In this document: positions 39,254 through 47,825 of the stretch, piece after piece
How the letters are laid out: each line of letters opens with the position of its first letter
Numbering within the stretch: the first letter of the stretch is position 1
NCBI GenBank assembly: GCA_964619725.1
Contig: CAZUFC010000046.1
Span: 1 to 53,159 of the forward strand
DNA from: an uncultured bacterium
GTDB lineage: Bacteria; CSSED10-310; CAZUFC01
DNA length: 53,159 nucleotides
Direction of reading: 5' to 3'
Made by a program: the position numbers and the translations under genes
Notes under the pieces: generated by a model
What the model saw: the letters and a program-made list of their open reading frames with translations, nothing else
What the model was told of the DNA's origin: nothing
Database searches by the model: none

Positions 39254-40378
39254 ATGAGAATAATCATTTCGGGAGGCGGAACGGCAGGACATATTAATCC
39301 AGGGTTGTACATCGCTCAGAAAATCTTATCGCAAGAGCCGGATTCAAAAATTTTATGGGTAGGGGTCAAAGGCCGGCGGGAAGAAGATATTGTGCCGAGA
39401 CACGATATAGATATCCAATTTATAACCATGCAAGGTATCAAGAGAAGCCTGATGCCCCCTGACCTCATCTACAATCTTAAAACGATCGGACTGATCGGAC
39501 TGGGCTTACCTCTAAGACAATCCCTCCGAATAATAAAAAAATTCAAACCAGGCATAGTATTGGGAACGGGCGGCTTCGTCTGCGCTCCCGTTATCGCCGC
39601 GGCCCTTATAAAACGCATACCCGCTGTTCTATTCGAAAATAACTCCATACCGGGACTGGCCGTCAGAATGCTTTCCCGTTATGCGGACAGGGTATGCATC
39701 GCCTATGAAAATGCCGCTCAAAACCTCTCCGAAAAGGCGAAAATTAAAATAACAGGCAACCCGGTTGACCCTGACTTATCGAAAAACGTTTCTAAAGAAG
39801 TCCTTTCAAAAGTCGGACTCGATCCAAATAAAAAAACGCTGCTCGTCATGGGCGGCAGCCTCGGTTCCAGAAAAATCAACCAGGCCCTGATAGGCTTCCT
39901 GAATTCAGAAAAGTGGAAGAAGGAACATTCAAAAAACTGGCAGGTATGGCATTCCACAGGGAAGGCACGATTCAATGAAGTTGAAGATGCCGTTGCCGAC
40001 ATCCCTTCATATGCCGGGATGCCTTACATCTATGAAAATCTGGCCGCGTTGAATGCCGCCGACGTCATGGTCAGCAGGGCCGGAGCGACCAGCATTGCTG
40101 AAATTACGGCTTTAGGCATTCCCGCGGTTCTTATTCCATGGCCGGGAGCCGCAGGCGATCATCAAACCTATAACGCCGGCATGCTCGAAAAAGCCTATGC
40201 CGCCGTTACGGTCAAGGATGATGAATTGAATGCCGGCAGACTGGGCGATATCCTGACAGAATTAATGACGGATGATGAAAAAAGGCGAATGTTGAGCGCC
40301 AATTGCCGGAAACTGGGACGCAAAGACGGAGCCGCCGCAATAGTTGAACTGCTCCAGGAACTGCACAAAAATAAATAG
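39254..40378 (+). CDS. murG: Undecaprenyl-PP-MurNAc-pentapeptide GlcNAc transferase
   Basis: GGGTAGHINP, GTGGFV, TGNPV, GGSLGS, SRAGATSIAE, HQTYNA. Confidence 0.95.
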   Translation: MRIIISGGGTAGHINPGLYIAQKILSQEPDSKILWVGVKGRREEDIVPRHDIDIQFITMQGIKRSLMPPDLIYNLKTIGLIGLGLPLRQSLRIIKKFKPGIVLGTGGFVCAPVIAAALIKRIPAVLFENNSIPGLAVRMLSRYADRVCIAYENAAQNLSEKAKIKITGNPVDPDLSKNVSKEVLSKVGLDPNKKTLLVMGGSLGSRKINQALIGFLNSEKWKKEHSKNWQVWHSTGKARFNEVEDAVADIPSYAGMPYIYENLAALNAADVMVSRAGATSIAEITALGIPAVLIPWPGAAGDHQTYNAGMLEKAYAAVTVKDDELNAGRLGDILTELMTDDEKRRMLSANCRKLGRKDGAAAIVELLQELHKNK

Positions 40379-40385
40379 AAAACGC

Positions 40386-40645
40386 AGGACCGATAAAACC
40401 GGGATGACACTTTTTCGGCATTGATCATAAAAGCCTCTTTTGAGGTTTACAATTCGACAGAATCGTCTGTCATTTTGTTTCGATGCCGATCACGATTGCG
40501 ATACCGATGCCGATACCGACCCCGATACAGATTACGATGTCGACGCAAATCGTCAAAAGTTTTGAAAGAATTGTAACCCCGTCTTGATCAGTCACACTTT
40601 TTCAAAATGTTTAAACTTTGTTTCGGTAATCGCGGATCGATATCT
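40386..40645 (+). mobile_element. Old family A copy (left part) interrupted by copy A4
   Basis: AGGACCGATAAAACCGGGATGACACTTTTTC [A4] ACTTTTTCAAAATGTTTAAACTTTGTTTCGGTAATCG reconstitutes a family A left arm. Confidence 0.75.
40417..40595 (-). mobile_element. MITE family A copy A4 (about 11 hexamers)
   Basis: GGCATTGATCA...TGATCAGTCAC with perfect 8-bp TSD ACTTTTTC (40409-40416 and 40596-40603). Confidence 0.9.
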
Positions 40646-40785
40646 GCTTCGAGATAAACGTCCATTGATAAAAAACAGCAGTGAATTCGAAAAAAAGATA
40701 ATTGTGGGAAGAATAAGTTTTTTTAATGGGTCTTACAATCACTCAAAGGCTCTCTAAAAAAGTGAAGCCCAGTCGCGATAATTCC

Positions 40786-40988
40786 CAAAATCCCGTTTCT
40801 TTTGCGAGAAGGTTAATTTTCAGATGCCGGTTTTTGCACATACAAACGTTTTTATATGCCAAACGTCCCTTCTGTCCCTTAGGTCCCTTAGGTCCCTTAG
40901 GTCCCTTTGTCCTTTACCATTAAATCTCCCACCCGAATTCAATCAAATCCGAATCGCCCCTGATATAATTCACTTTTTCGTTCAGAAT
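40786..40988. repeat. Dispersed repeat family C copy 1, containing about 5 GTCCCTTAG units
   Basis: Homologous to 52526-52760 (GAGAAGGTwAATTTTCAGATGCCGG...9-mer array...GAATTCAATCA...GCCCCTGATAT...TTCGTTCAGAA). Confidence 0.8.
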
Positions 40989-41105
40989 GGCGTCTGGAAT
41001 TTCAGTCCCTTGATTTGGTTTCAGCCCATATCGGTCCAGCAGAATTTTTTTGGAATGGTAATTTCCGATGTCCCCATTTCAAAGCCTGTCTTATAGAAAT
41101 CCATA
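40920..41105 (-). pseudogene. Possible AbrB/MazE-type antitoxin remnant
   Basis: EITIPK / frameshift in an A7 tract / ILLDRYGLKPNQGTE...VNYIRG resembles the AbrB ITIPKxxRxxxGLxP motif. Confidence 0.4.
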
Positions 41106-41275
41106 TTTTAAAAGGACGAAAAGGACAACAGAATTCATTTTGAACGCTACAAAAATTCCGGCGCTGATCCTATATCCGCGTTTCAAGGTTACTTTTTTGA
41201 TAAATCTCCATTTTTTGCTTACATTATGAAACTTATTCATATAATATAGACTCAACATCGGGGAGGAACCCAGTT

Positions 41276-41902
41276 ATGGACGAAGTATTAATGACAAAAA
41301 TAGCCCTTACTTCAATGGGATTTATCCTGGCTTTTTTCGGTCAGACCGTTTACAAGCTGTCGATACGCGTTGCCGGTTTCATAATCGGCGGATTCCTGGG
41401 GATCATGATAGTAAAATTCATCACCGACGCATTAAAAATATATCAGAACCAGGAAATTATCGCGGCGGCGGGAGGCCTTCTGCTGGGATTGCTGGGCGCT
41501 TTCGCCATCAGAAAATGGATCAAAGTGTTGCTGTTTCTGGCCGGAGGCATAACGGGCTTCATGGTGGGGCAAACGTTTTTTTATCCTGAAATGACGGGAA
41601 CGACCGTTCATGCTGCCGCTGAGGCGGAAAGCGCCGGCCAGGGACTCCATTCCATAACGGATATGTTGGGCAACCTCAACTGGCAGATTATCGCCGCAGC
41701 GCTCGTGGGCGGCATTCTGGCGGTTCTGCTGGAAAGATTCTTCGTTATCCTTTTTTCCAGCTTCTGGGGCGCCAGGATGATCGAATCCGTTTTTGCGTAC
41801 CAGTATGTTTTTCCCGTCGTCTTGTTCGTCGGCATATTATTTCAGGTGTTGAGTTACAGGATGATGAGACAGCGAAGAAGGCTAAGGCGTGAAGCGGTTT
41901 AG
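41276..41902 (+). CDS. DUF4203/TMEM198-like multi-pass membrane protein
   Basis: About 7 Gly-rich hydrophobic helices, LAFFG..YK....AGFIIGG, basic C-terminal tail; GGGAGG RBS. Confidence 0.7.
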   Translation: MDEVLMTKIALTSMGFILAFFGQTVYKLSIRVAGFIIGGFLGIMIVKFITDALKIYQNQEIIAAAGGLLLGLLGAFAIRKWIKVLLFLAGGITGFMVGQTFFYPEMTGTTVHAAAEAESAGQGLHSITDMLGNLNWQIIAAALVGGILAVLLERFFVILFSSFWGARMIESVFAYQYVFPVVLFVGILFQVLSYRMMRQRRRLRREAV

Positions 41903-42008
41903 CGGACCGCAATAAAGATTCGTTCTTGCAAAACTCGCTCGCAGGCCTATAATATCAGAGAACGGGACGTTTACGATAATTATCCGTCATTGTGCAAGGA
42001 GGCATAAC

Positions 42009-43196
42009 ATGAGAATGAAGCAACTATTATCATTGACGATTACGGTGTTGTTGGTTCTGGGTTTCGCCCTGCAGGCATCGGCAGCAAAGAAAAGCCTGCC
42101 GACGGTGGAAAAGGGCAAATTCAACGTCGCTTTTGTTTATGTCGGGCCGATAGGGGACGGAGGATGGACGTATTCGCATGACCAGGGGCGGAAATACCTG
42201 GAAAAGCACGTCGATAACGTCCACACCGTTTACATTGAAAGCGTGGCGGAAGGCGCCGAAGCGGAACAGGTCATACGAAGCCTGGCCAGAAAAGGGTTCG
42301 ATCTGATAATAGCCACTTCTTTCGGTTTCATGGATGCTTGCGCCGTAGTGGCGGAAGAATTTCCCAACGTCAATTTTCTCCACATTTCGGGTTTCAAGAA
42401 GAACGATAAAAATTTCGGCAATCTCATGGGCTCCATGGAATCCATGAAATACCTGGCGGGCATGATAGCCGGCGCCAGGGCTAAACAGGACGGCAACATG
42501 AAATGCGGTTACATCGCGCCCTTCGCTATCGCCGAAGTTATTCGTTTGGGGAACGCCTTGACGCTGGGGATGAGAGAAACCTGCCCCGAATGCGTGATGG
42601 AATACAGATGGATCAATACCTGGTTCGATCCGGTCAAAGAACGGGAAGCCGCCGAATCTCTCCTTAAATCAGGCGCACAGGTCATCATTACCGGCGCGGA
42701 TACTCCCGGTCCCGTCGTAGCCGCCGGCGAAGCAGGAAAATGGGGAATAGGATACGATTCCGACAATGCCTGCGAAGCCGACCCCGATCATTGCCTCACG
42801 GTCCCCTATTGGAACTGGGGCGTGGAATACGTCAGAATAGTAAAAGAAATGATAGCAGGCGATTGGAAGCCCTCGGACGATTACCCCGATGCCGACAGCG
42901 GAATAGTTGGACTTTACGGCTTCATGGAAGGGCAGAAACCCCAGAAAGGCGTCCCGGAAAAAGTTATACCGAAAATAAGAGCGCTCCTGAAACAGATGCA
43001 GGAAGGAAAATTCACCCGTTTCGACATCTTTAAAGGTCCCATCAAAGATAATAAAGGCAATCTGGTGGTTCCGGAAGGAAAATCGCTGTCTCAGTCAGAC
43101 CTGGAAGGCATTAAAAACGTCCCCGGACGTCCCGATTGCAAGATTTGCATGGACTGGCTGGCCGAAGGAACCGCAGGCCAGTTGCCGGGGAAATGA
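42009..43196 (+). CDS. BMP family ABC transporter substrate-binding protein (purine nucleoside type)
   Basis: VAFVYVGPIGDGGWTYSHDQGR, ATSFGFMD, TWFDPVKE, YWNWG. Confidence 0.93.
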   Translation: MRMKQLLSLTITVLLVLGFALQASAAKKSLPTVEKGKFNVAFVYVGPIGDGGWTYSHDQGRKYLEKHVDNVHTVYIESVAEGAEAEQVIRSLARKGFDLIIATSFGFMDACAVVAEEFPNVNFLHISGFKKNDKNFGNLMGSMESMKYLAGMIAGARAKQDGNMKCGYIAPFAIAEVIRLGNALTLGMRETCPECVMEYRWINTWFDPVKEREAAESLLKSGAQVIITGADTPGPVVAAGEAGKWGIGYDSDNACEADPDHCLTVPYWNWGVEYVRIVKEMIAGDWKPSDDYPDADSGIVGLYGFMEGQKPQKGVPEKVIPKIRALLKQMQEGKFTRFDIFKGPIKDNKGNLVVPEGKSLSQSDLEGIKNVPGRPDCKICMDWLAEGTAGQLPGK

Positions 43197-44731
43197 CGAC
43201 CTCCGAATCGCAAAAACTTAATACCTTCTGCATTGAACTGAAAGACATAACGAAAAAATTTCCCGGCGTAACGGCCAACGACTGCATCAGTTTCAACGTA
43301 CGAAAAGGAGAAGTCCACGCTCTCCTGGGCGAAAACGGAGCCGGTAAATCTACGCTGATGAACATACTGGCGGGTCTTTACAGACCGGATGCCGGTTCCG
43401 TCAGGATAAACGGCGTTCTCCGGCGATTTTCCAGTCCCCATGACGCGGACGAAGCAGGCATCGGCATGGTTCATCAGCACTTTACCCTGGCGCCTGGAAT
43501 GACTGTTTCCGACAACATTATCCTGGGCTTCAGAAAACCTTTTTTTCGGTTCGAAAACAGGGAAATTAAAGACAAAATCAGGAAACTGTCAAAAGAATAC
43601 GGACTGGCCGTTTCTCCCGATGACTTCATATACGATCTTTCAGTCGGAGAACAGCAGCGCGTCGAAATTCTCAAAGTTCTCTATCGAGGCGCCGATATCC
43701 TGATTCTGGATGAACCGACCTCCGTTCTGACGCCCCAGGAAGTTCAATCCTTTTTTAATACCCTTCACGAACTGAAAAAACGCTCCAGCGCCATTATATT
43801 CATTACTCACAAGTTGAGTGAAGTTCTTCATATCGCGGACCGGGTGACGGTCTTGCGCAAGGGACGCATCGTCAGCGCGGAACTGAAAACGGATGATATG
43901 ACCGAATCGCAATTAGCGGAATTAATGGTTGGCGACAGCGCCGCTTTTGAGCATGAAAAACCGGAAACAGTTCCCGGTGAGGTGAAATTAAGTTTTAAAA
44001 AAGCGGATGCGGAAGACGACAGGGGATTGCCGGCGTTGAAAAACATCAACCTGGATGTTCGCGCAGGAGAGATACTGGGGGTTGCGGGCGTCGCAGGCAA
44101 CGGTCAGAAGGAGCTGGCGGAAGCCGCAGCGGGTTTGCGGCCTCTTCGCAGGGGAAAAGTGGTCCTTAAAGGAAAAGACATGACCGGCAAGGGACCGCTG
44201 GATTTTATACGAACAGGACTGGCTTATGTGCCTGAAGAACGTATAGGCGTCGGAACAGCCCCCGACCTGAGCATCAGGGATAACCTTATACTAAAAGATT
44301 ACAGAACGAGGCCGTTATCAAAATCGGGACTCATACGGCGCCAGGCTGTAAATAGTTTCTGCAATGGATTGATCGGAAAATTCAGAATAAAAACTTCGGG
44401 CCCTGATGTCCCCGTGAAACTGCTGTCCGGCGGAAACATACAGAAAGTGGTCCTGGCCAGGGAATTATCAGGGAATCCCGATATACTGGTGGTGGTTCAT
44501 CCGACACGGGGACTCGATATCGGCGCCATAGCCTACGTTCACGACCTGCTGCAGGACTCCAAAGCAAAAGGTTGCGCCGTCTTAATGGTTGGGGAAGACC
44601 TGGATGAATTGCTGGAGATGTCTGACAGGATGATCGTGATGTATGACGGAGCGATAGCCGGCCATTTCGACGCACAAGAGTTTGAAAAAGAAAAAATAGG
44701 ACTTTTGATGGCGGGAGGAAAGGGCGAATAA
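43193..44731 (+). CDS. ABC transporter ATP-binding protein (tandem NBD, CUT2/Nup type)
   Basis: GENGAGKST, LSVGEQQRVEI, LSGGNIQK, PTRGLDIGA; ATG 43193 overlaps the upstream stop. Confidence 0.95.
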   Translation: MTTSESQKLNTFCIELKDITKKFPGVTANDCISFNVRKGEVHALLGENGAGKSTLMNILAGLYRPDAGSVRINGVLRRFSSPHDADEAGIGMVHQHFTLAPGMTVSDNIILGFRKPFFRFENREIKDKIRKLSKEYGLAVSPDDFIYDLSVGEQQRVEILKVLYRGADILILDEPTSVLTPQEVQSFFNTLHELKKRSSAIIFITHKLSEVLHIADRVTVLRKGRIVSAELKTDDMTESQLAELMVGDSAAFEHEKPETVPGEVKLSFKKADAEDDRGLPALKNINLDVRAGEILGVAGVAGNGQKELAEAAAGLRPLRRGKVVLKGKDMTGKGPLDFIRTGLAYVPEERIGVGTAPDLSIRDNLILKDYRTRPLSKSGLIRRQAVNSFCNGLIGKFRIKTSGPDVPVKLLSGGNIQKVVLARELSGNPDILVVVHPTRGLDIGAIAYVHDLLQDSKAKGCAVLMVGEDLDELLEMSDRMIVMYDGAIAGHFDAQEFEKEKIGLLMAGGKGE

Positions 44732-44732
44732 A

Positions 44733-45854
44733 GTGTTTGTCAGTTTTTACCTGGAACAGAGGTTAAGCGTTCCGCTAGCGTTAAAAATTGCTTCGCCCTT
44801 CATAGCCATTGCTGCTGCATTGCTGATAGGGGCAATAGCGCTGCCTTTCGCCGGGGTTAATCCTTTCAAGGCTTACGAAGCGATCTTTACTGCCGCTTTT
44901 TTCGGCGGTTGGTTTTCTCTTTCCGATACCGCGGTCAAAGCCACTCCTCTGATACTGACAGGATTGGCGTGCGCGCTGGCTTTTCGTATGCGACTGTGGA
45001 ACATAGGAGCGGAAGGACAGTTGTTGCTGGGGGCCTGGGCTGCCACGGGCGTTGCTTCATTCTGGTTGCCGGAGGATACCTCCAGGATTTCCTTCATAAT
45101 TCTGATGGGGCTGGCCGCATTCACAGCCGGCGCCGTATGGGGGTTTATCCCCGGCTTTCTAAAAGCCAAGTTGGGTGTGAATGAGATCATTACCTCCCTG
45201 ATGATGGTTTATGTCGCCCTGGAGTGGAATAACTACTGGATTTACGGTCCCTGGAGCGACAGGGGATTCCAGTTGACTCCCGTTTTTCCGAGAGAAGCCT
45301 GGCTGCCGAGACTCTCCGATTACGCTGGTTCGATACCCGCTTTCGGAGGTCTGACGGCTCATGCCGGCATAATTTTCGGCTTCATCCTGGCCGTCATCAT
45401 CTGGGTAATTATGAAACACTCCAGGTGGGGCTTTGAACTGAGCGTTATTGGTGCCAATCCCGACGCTGCGCGGTATGCAGGCATCAATGTTGTCCGCAAT
45501 ACCATACTGGTGATGACTATATCCGGAGGTATCGCAGGATTGGCGGGAATGACGGAAGTTGCCGGCGTAGTCCACAGGCTGCAGGAACGTTTCTCGCCCG
45601 GATACGGCTTCACGGCCATCATCATCGCCTGGCTGGCCAAACTGAATCCCTGGGGCGTCATAGTAGTCTCTTTCCTCTTCGGAGGCCTGCTTGTAGGTTC
45701 AAAAGCGATACAACCCGCCGGCATTCCGCTCATGCTCCAGGGTATAATACTCTTCGTAGTCATAGCTTCAGAAACGCTGGTCCATTACAGACCCCGGTTC
45801 ATTCTGAACTTCAAAACCCGCAATAAAAGCGACCGGTGTGAGGAAAAACGGTAA
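44733..45854 (+). CDS. Nucleoside ABC transporter permease
   Basis: WNIGAEGQ, VNEIITSLM, AARYAGI, GYGFTAIIIAWLAKLNP. Confidence 0.93.
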   Translation: MFVSFYLEQRLSVPLALKIASPFIAIAAALLIGAIALPFAGVNPFKAYEAIFTAAFFGGWFSLSDTAVKATPLILTGLACALAFRMRLWNIGAEGQLLLGAWAATGVASFWLPEDTSRISFIILMGLAAFTAGAVWGFIPGFLKAKLGVNEIITSLMMVYVALEWNNYWIYGPWSDRGFQLTPVFPREAWLPRLSDYAGSIPAFGGLTAHAGIIFGFILAVIIWVIMKHSRWGFELSVIGANPDAARYAGINVVRNTILVMTISGGIAGLAGMTEVAGVVHRLQERFSPGYGFTAIIIAWLAKLNPWGVIVVSFLFGGLLVGSKAIQPAGIPLMLQGIILFVVIASETLVHYRPRFILNFKTRNKSDRCEEKR

Positions 45855-46816
45855 TGGACCTTTTAACCTTCATCAGCAATCTTCTGGCTGCAGGCGTAGC
45901 CAGGGGAACGCCTATACTCTTCGCCACCCTGGGCGAAATCGTCACCGAAAGAGCCGGCGTGCTGAACCTGGGGATAGAAGGCATGATGCTGCTGGGCGCC
46001 ATGTCGGGATACGGCATAAGTTATATGACAGGTAATCCGTGGCTGGGCCTGATCGCAGGATGCCTGGCAGGCGGACTGCTGAGTCTCCTGCACGCGTTCG
46101 TATCAGTCACGCTGAGAGGCGATCAGGTTGTGGCGGGTTTAGCCCTCACTTTTCTGGGTTCAGGATTGGCGTCAGTGCTCGGCGCTCCTCTAATTGAAGT
46201 CAGAGAAACGGCTGCCAGGCTGAATGTTCTGGAATTGCCGCTGTTGAGCAAAATACCCCTGCTGGGACCGGTCCTTTTTCAGCAGAACATCATAGTATAC
46301 ATCGGTTTCATAATTGTGCCGGTGATCTGGATATACCTGTTCAGGACAAGACCCGGCCTGCACCTGAGGGCCGTAGGAGAACAACCTGCAGCCGCCGCTG
46401 CCAGAGGCATATCCGTTGCCAAAACCAGGTATTTATACGTTTTCGCAGGCGGTTTCATGGCCGGCCTCGGCGGCGCATCCCTGAGCCTGGCGGTTACTCC
46501 CGGTTGGATTGACGGCATGACCGCTGGACAAGGATGGATAGCCATTGGACTGGTCATCTTCGCCGGATGGAATCCCTGGCGCGCCGCACTGGGCTCATAC
46601 CTCTTCGGAGCCATCCGAAGACTCCCATTAGACCTCCAGGGCCAACCATGGATAGAATTCTTCCACAACCCCAGCACCGGTTACTTCCTTAATATGCTTC
46701 CATACATTTTCACCATAACCGTCCTGCTCCTCTCCAGCCGCAAATCGTTTCGCCGTAAAATAGGCGCCCCGGAAGCCCTGGGCAAACCATATACCCCGGG
46801 TGAAAAATATCGGTGA
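45854..46816 (+). CDS. Nucleoside ABC transporter permease
   Basis: ERAGVLNLGIEGMM, GLHLRAVGE, GQGWIAIGLVIF, APEALGKPY. Confidence 0.93.
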   Translation: MDLLTFISNLLAAGVARGTPILFATLGEIVTERAGVLNLGIEGMMLLGAMSGYGISYMTGNPWLGLIAGCLAGGLLSLLHAFVSVTLRGDQVVAGLALTFLGSGLASVLGAPLIEVRETAARLNVLELPLLSKIPLLGPVLFQQNIIVYIGFIIVPVIWIYLFRTRPGLHLRAVGEQPAAAAARGISVAKTRYLYVFAGGFMAGLGGASLSLAVTPGWIDGMTAGQGWIAIGLVIFAGWNPWRAALGSYLFGAIRRLPLDLQGQPWIEFFHNPSTGYFLNMLPYIFTITVLLLSSRKSFRRKIGAPEALGKPYTPGEKYR

Positions 46817-46865
46817 TGGTTTGAATGAAAAGACTGGATGAATGAAACCGTGATGTGAGAAATGA

Positions 46866-46903
46866 GCGGTCACGGCGGACCGAGCGGACGAGGCGGACCT
46901 GGC
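46866..46903 (+). repeat. Family D 9-bp tandem repeat
   Basis: GCGGTCACG GCGGACCGA GCGGACGAG GCGGACCTG. Confidence 0.7.
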
Positions 46904-46954
46904 TTCAGAATGACATTTTCCCATTGGTTATGTAAGACGTATCACACAAAAGCA

Positions 46955-47109
46955 GGGTCTGATCAAACCGAGTTTACAATTTTTTCATAACTTTTAACGA
47001 TTTGTTTCAGTAATCGGTATCGGGGTCGTTGTCGGGGTCGCAATCGCAACAAAACGAATGGATATTCCGTACGATTGTAACTGCAAAGGATGCATTTTTG
47101 ATCAATGTC
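46955..47109 (+). mobile_element. MITE family A copy A5 (about 6 hexamers; same subfamily as A1)
   Basis: GGGTCTGATCAAACC...CAACAAAACGAATGGATATTC...CAAAGGATGCATTTTTGATCAATGTC; TSD not preserved. Confidence 0.85.
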
Positions 47110-47130
47110 AAAAAAATCAAGTAAAGCAAA

Positions 47131-47160
47131 GTCCCCCGCTTGCGGGGGAAACAGGGGGGC
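47131..47160. repeat. GC-rich REP-like hairpin, second copy
   Basis: GTCCCCCGCTTGCGGGGGAAACAGGGGGGC. Confidence 0.7.
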
Positions 47161-47390
47161 TTTTATAACGATAACCGTTGCGAATGTTGTCCATTTTTTT
47201 AAATAAAAATCTGATTGAAGTTAACGATCCCTGAATTTTTTCCGACATAAAAAATAACCGAGTCAAATTTCCATTTCAAAACTCGTTTTTGATACACACT
47301 GAACGTAATCATTCAGTCCAGATCGCTCTTCGTAATGAATGTCCGATACCGATATCGACCCCGACCGAAGCCCGCTGAAGCATTCGAAAA

Positions 47391-47413
47391 GTAGACGCGG
47401 CATCCTGCCGCAT
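47391..47413 (+). repeat. GTAG-type REP-like palindrome, second copy
   Basis: GTAG-ACGCGGCA-TCC-TGCCGCAT. Confidence 0.55.
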
Positions 47414-47734
47414 TCGCATCACCTCAATGAATAACCAAACGCATACGAGCGACATTTCCGAAGCGCTTTGAACTCTTTTCCGGCTTCACTTTCATAAAAT
47501 TATATTGCATGAACCTTTACATAACAGTAAAATTATAGAAGGGAGTCTTGAAAAACGGTCTGGCAGGACCCTACTTTTTTCCCGCCGGCGGTCGGACCGG
47601 AACAAGATACTGAAAACGCAGCAAGCAAAAAAAAGAGAATGGGCTGCAAAAAATGCCAAAACTACAAGCGCATGAAGAAATAAAAACGAAACGACAAAAA
47701 GGCCAACCAAAGAAAATTCAAAACCGCCGGAAAG

Positions 47735-47798
47735 CCCAATCTCCCAATAATCCATTCTTCAACTCTTCCGCCCATCCATTCTTCCGCTCTTCCAATCT
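47735..47798 (+). repeat. 8-bp tandem repeat (TCCAnnCT-like), about 8 units
   Basis: CCCAATCT CCCAATAA TCCATTCT TCAACTCT TCCGCCCA TCCATTCT TCCGCTCT TCCAATCT. Confidence 0.7.
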
Positions 47799-47825
47799 CC
47801 CTCCCGCCCGTGAAAGGAACCGAAA

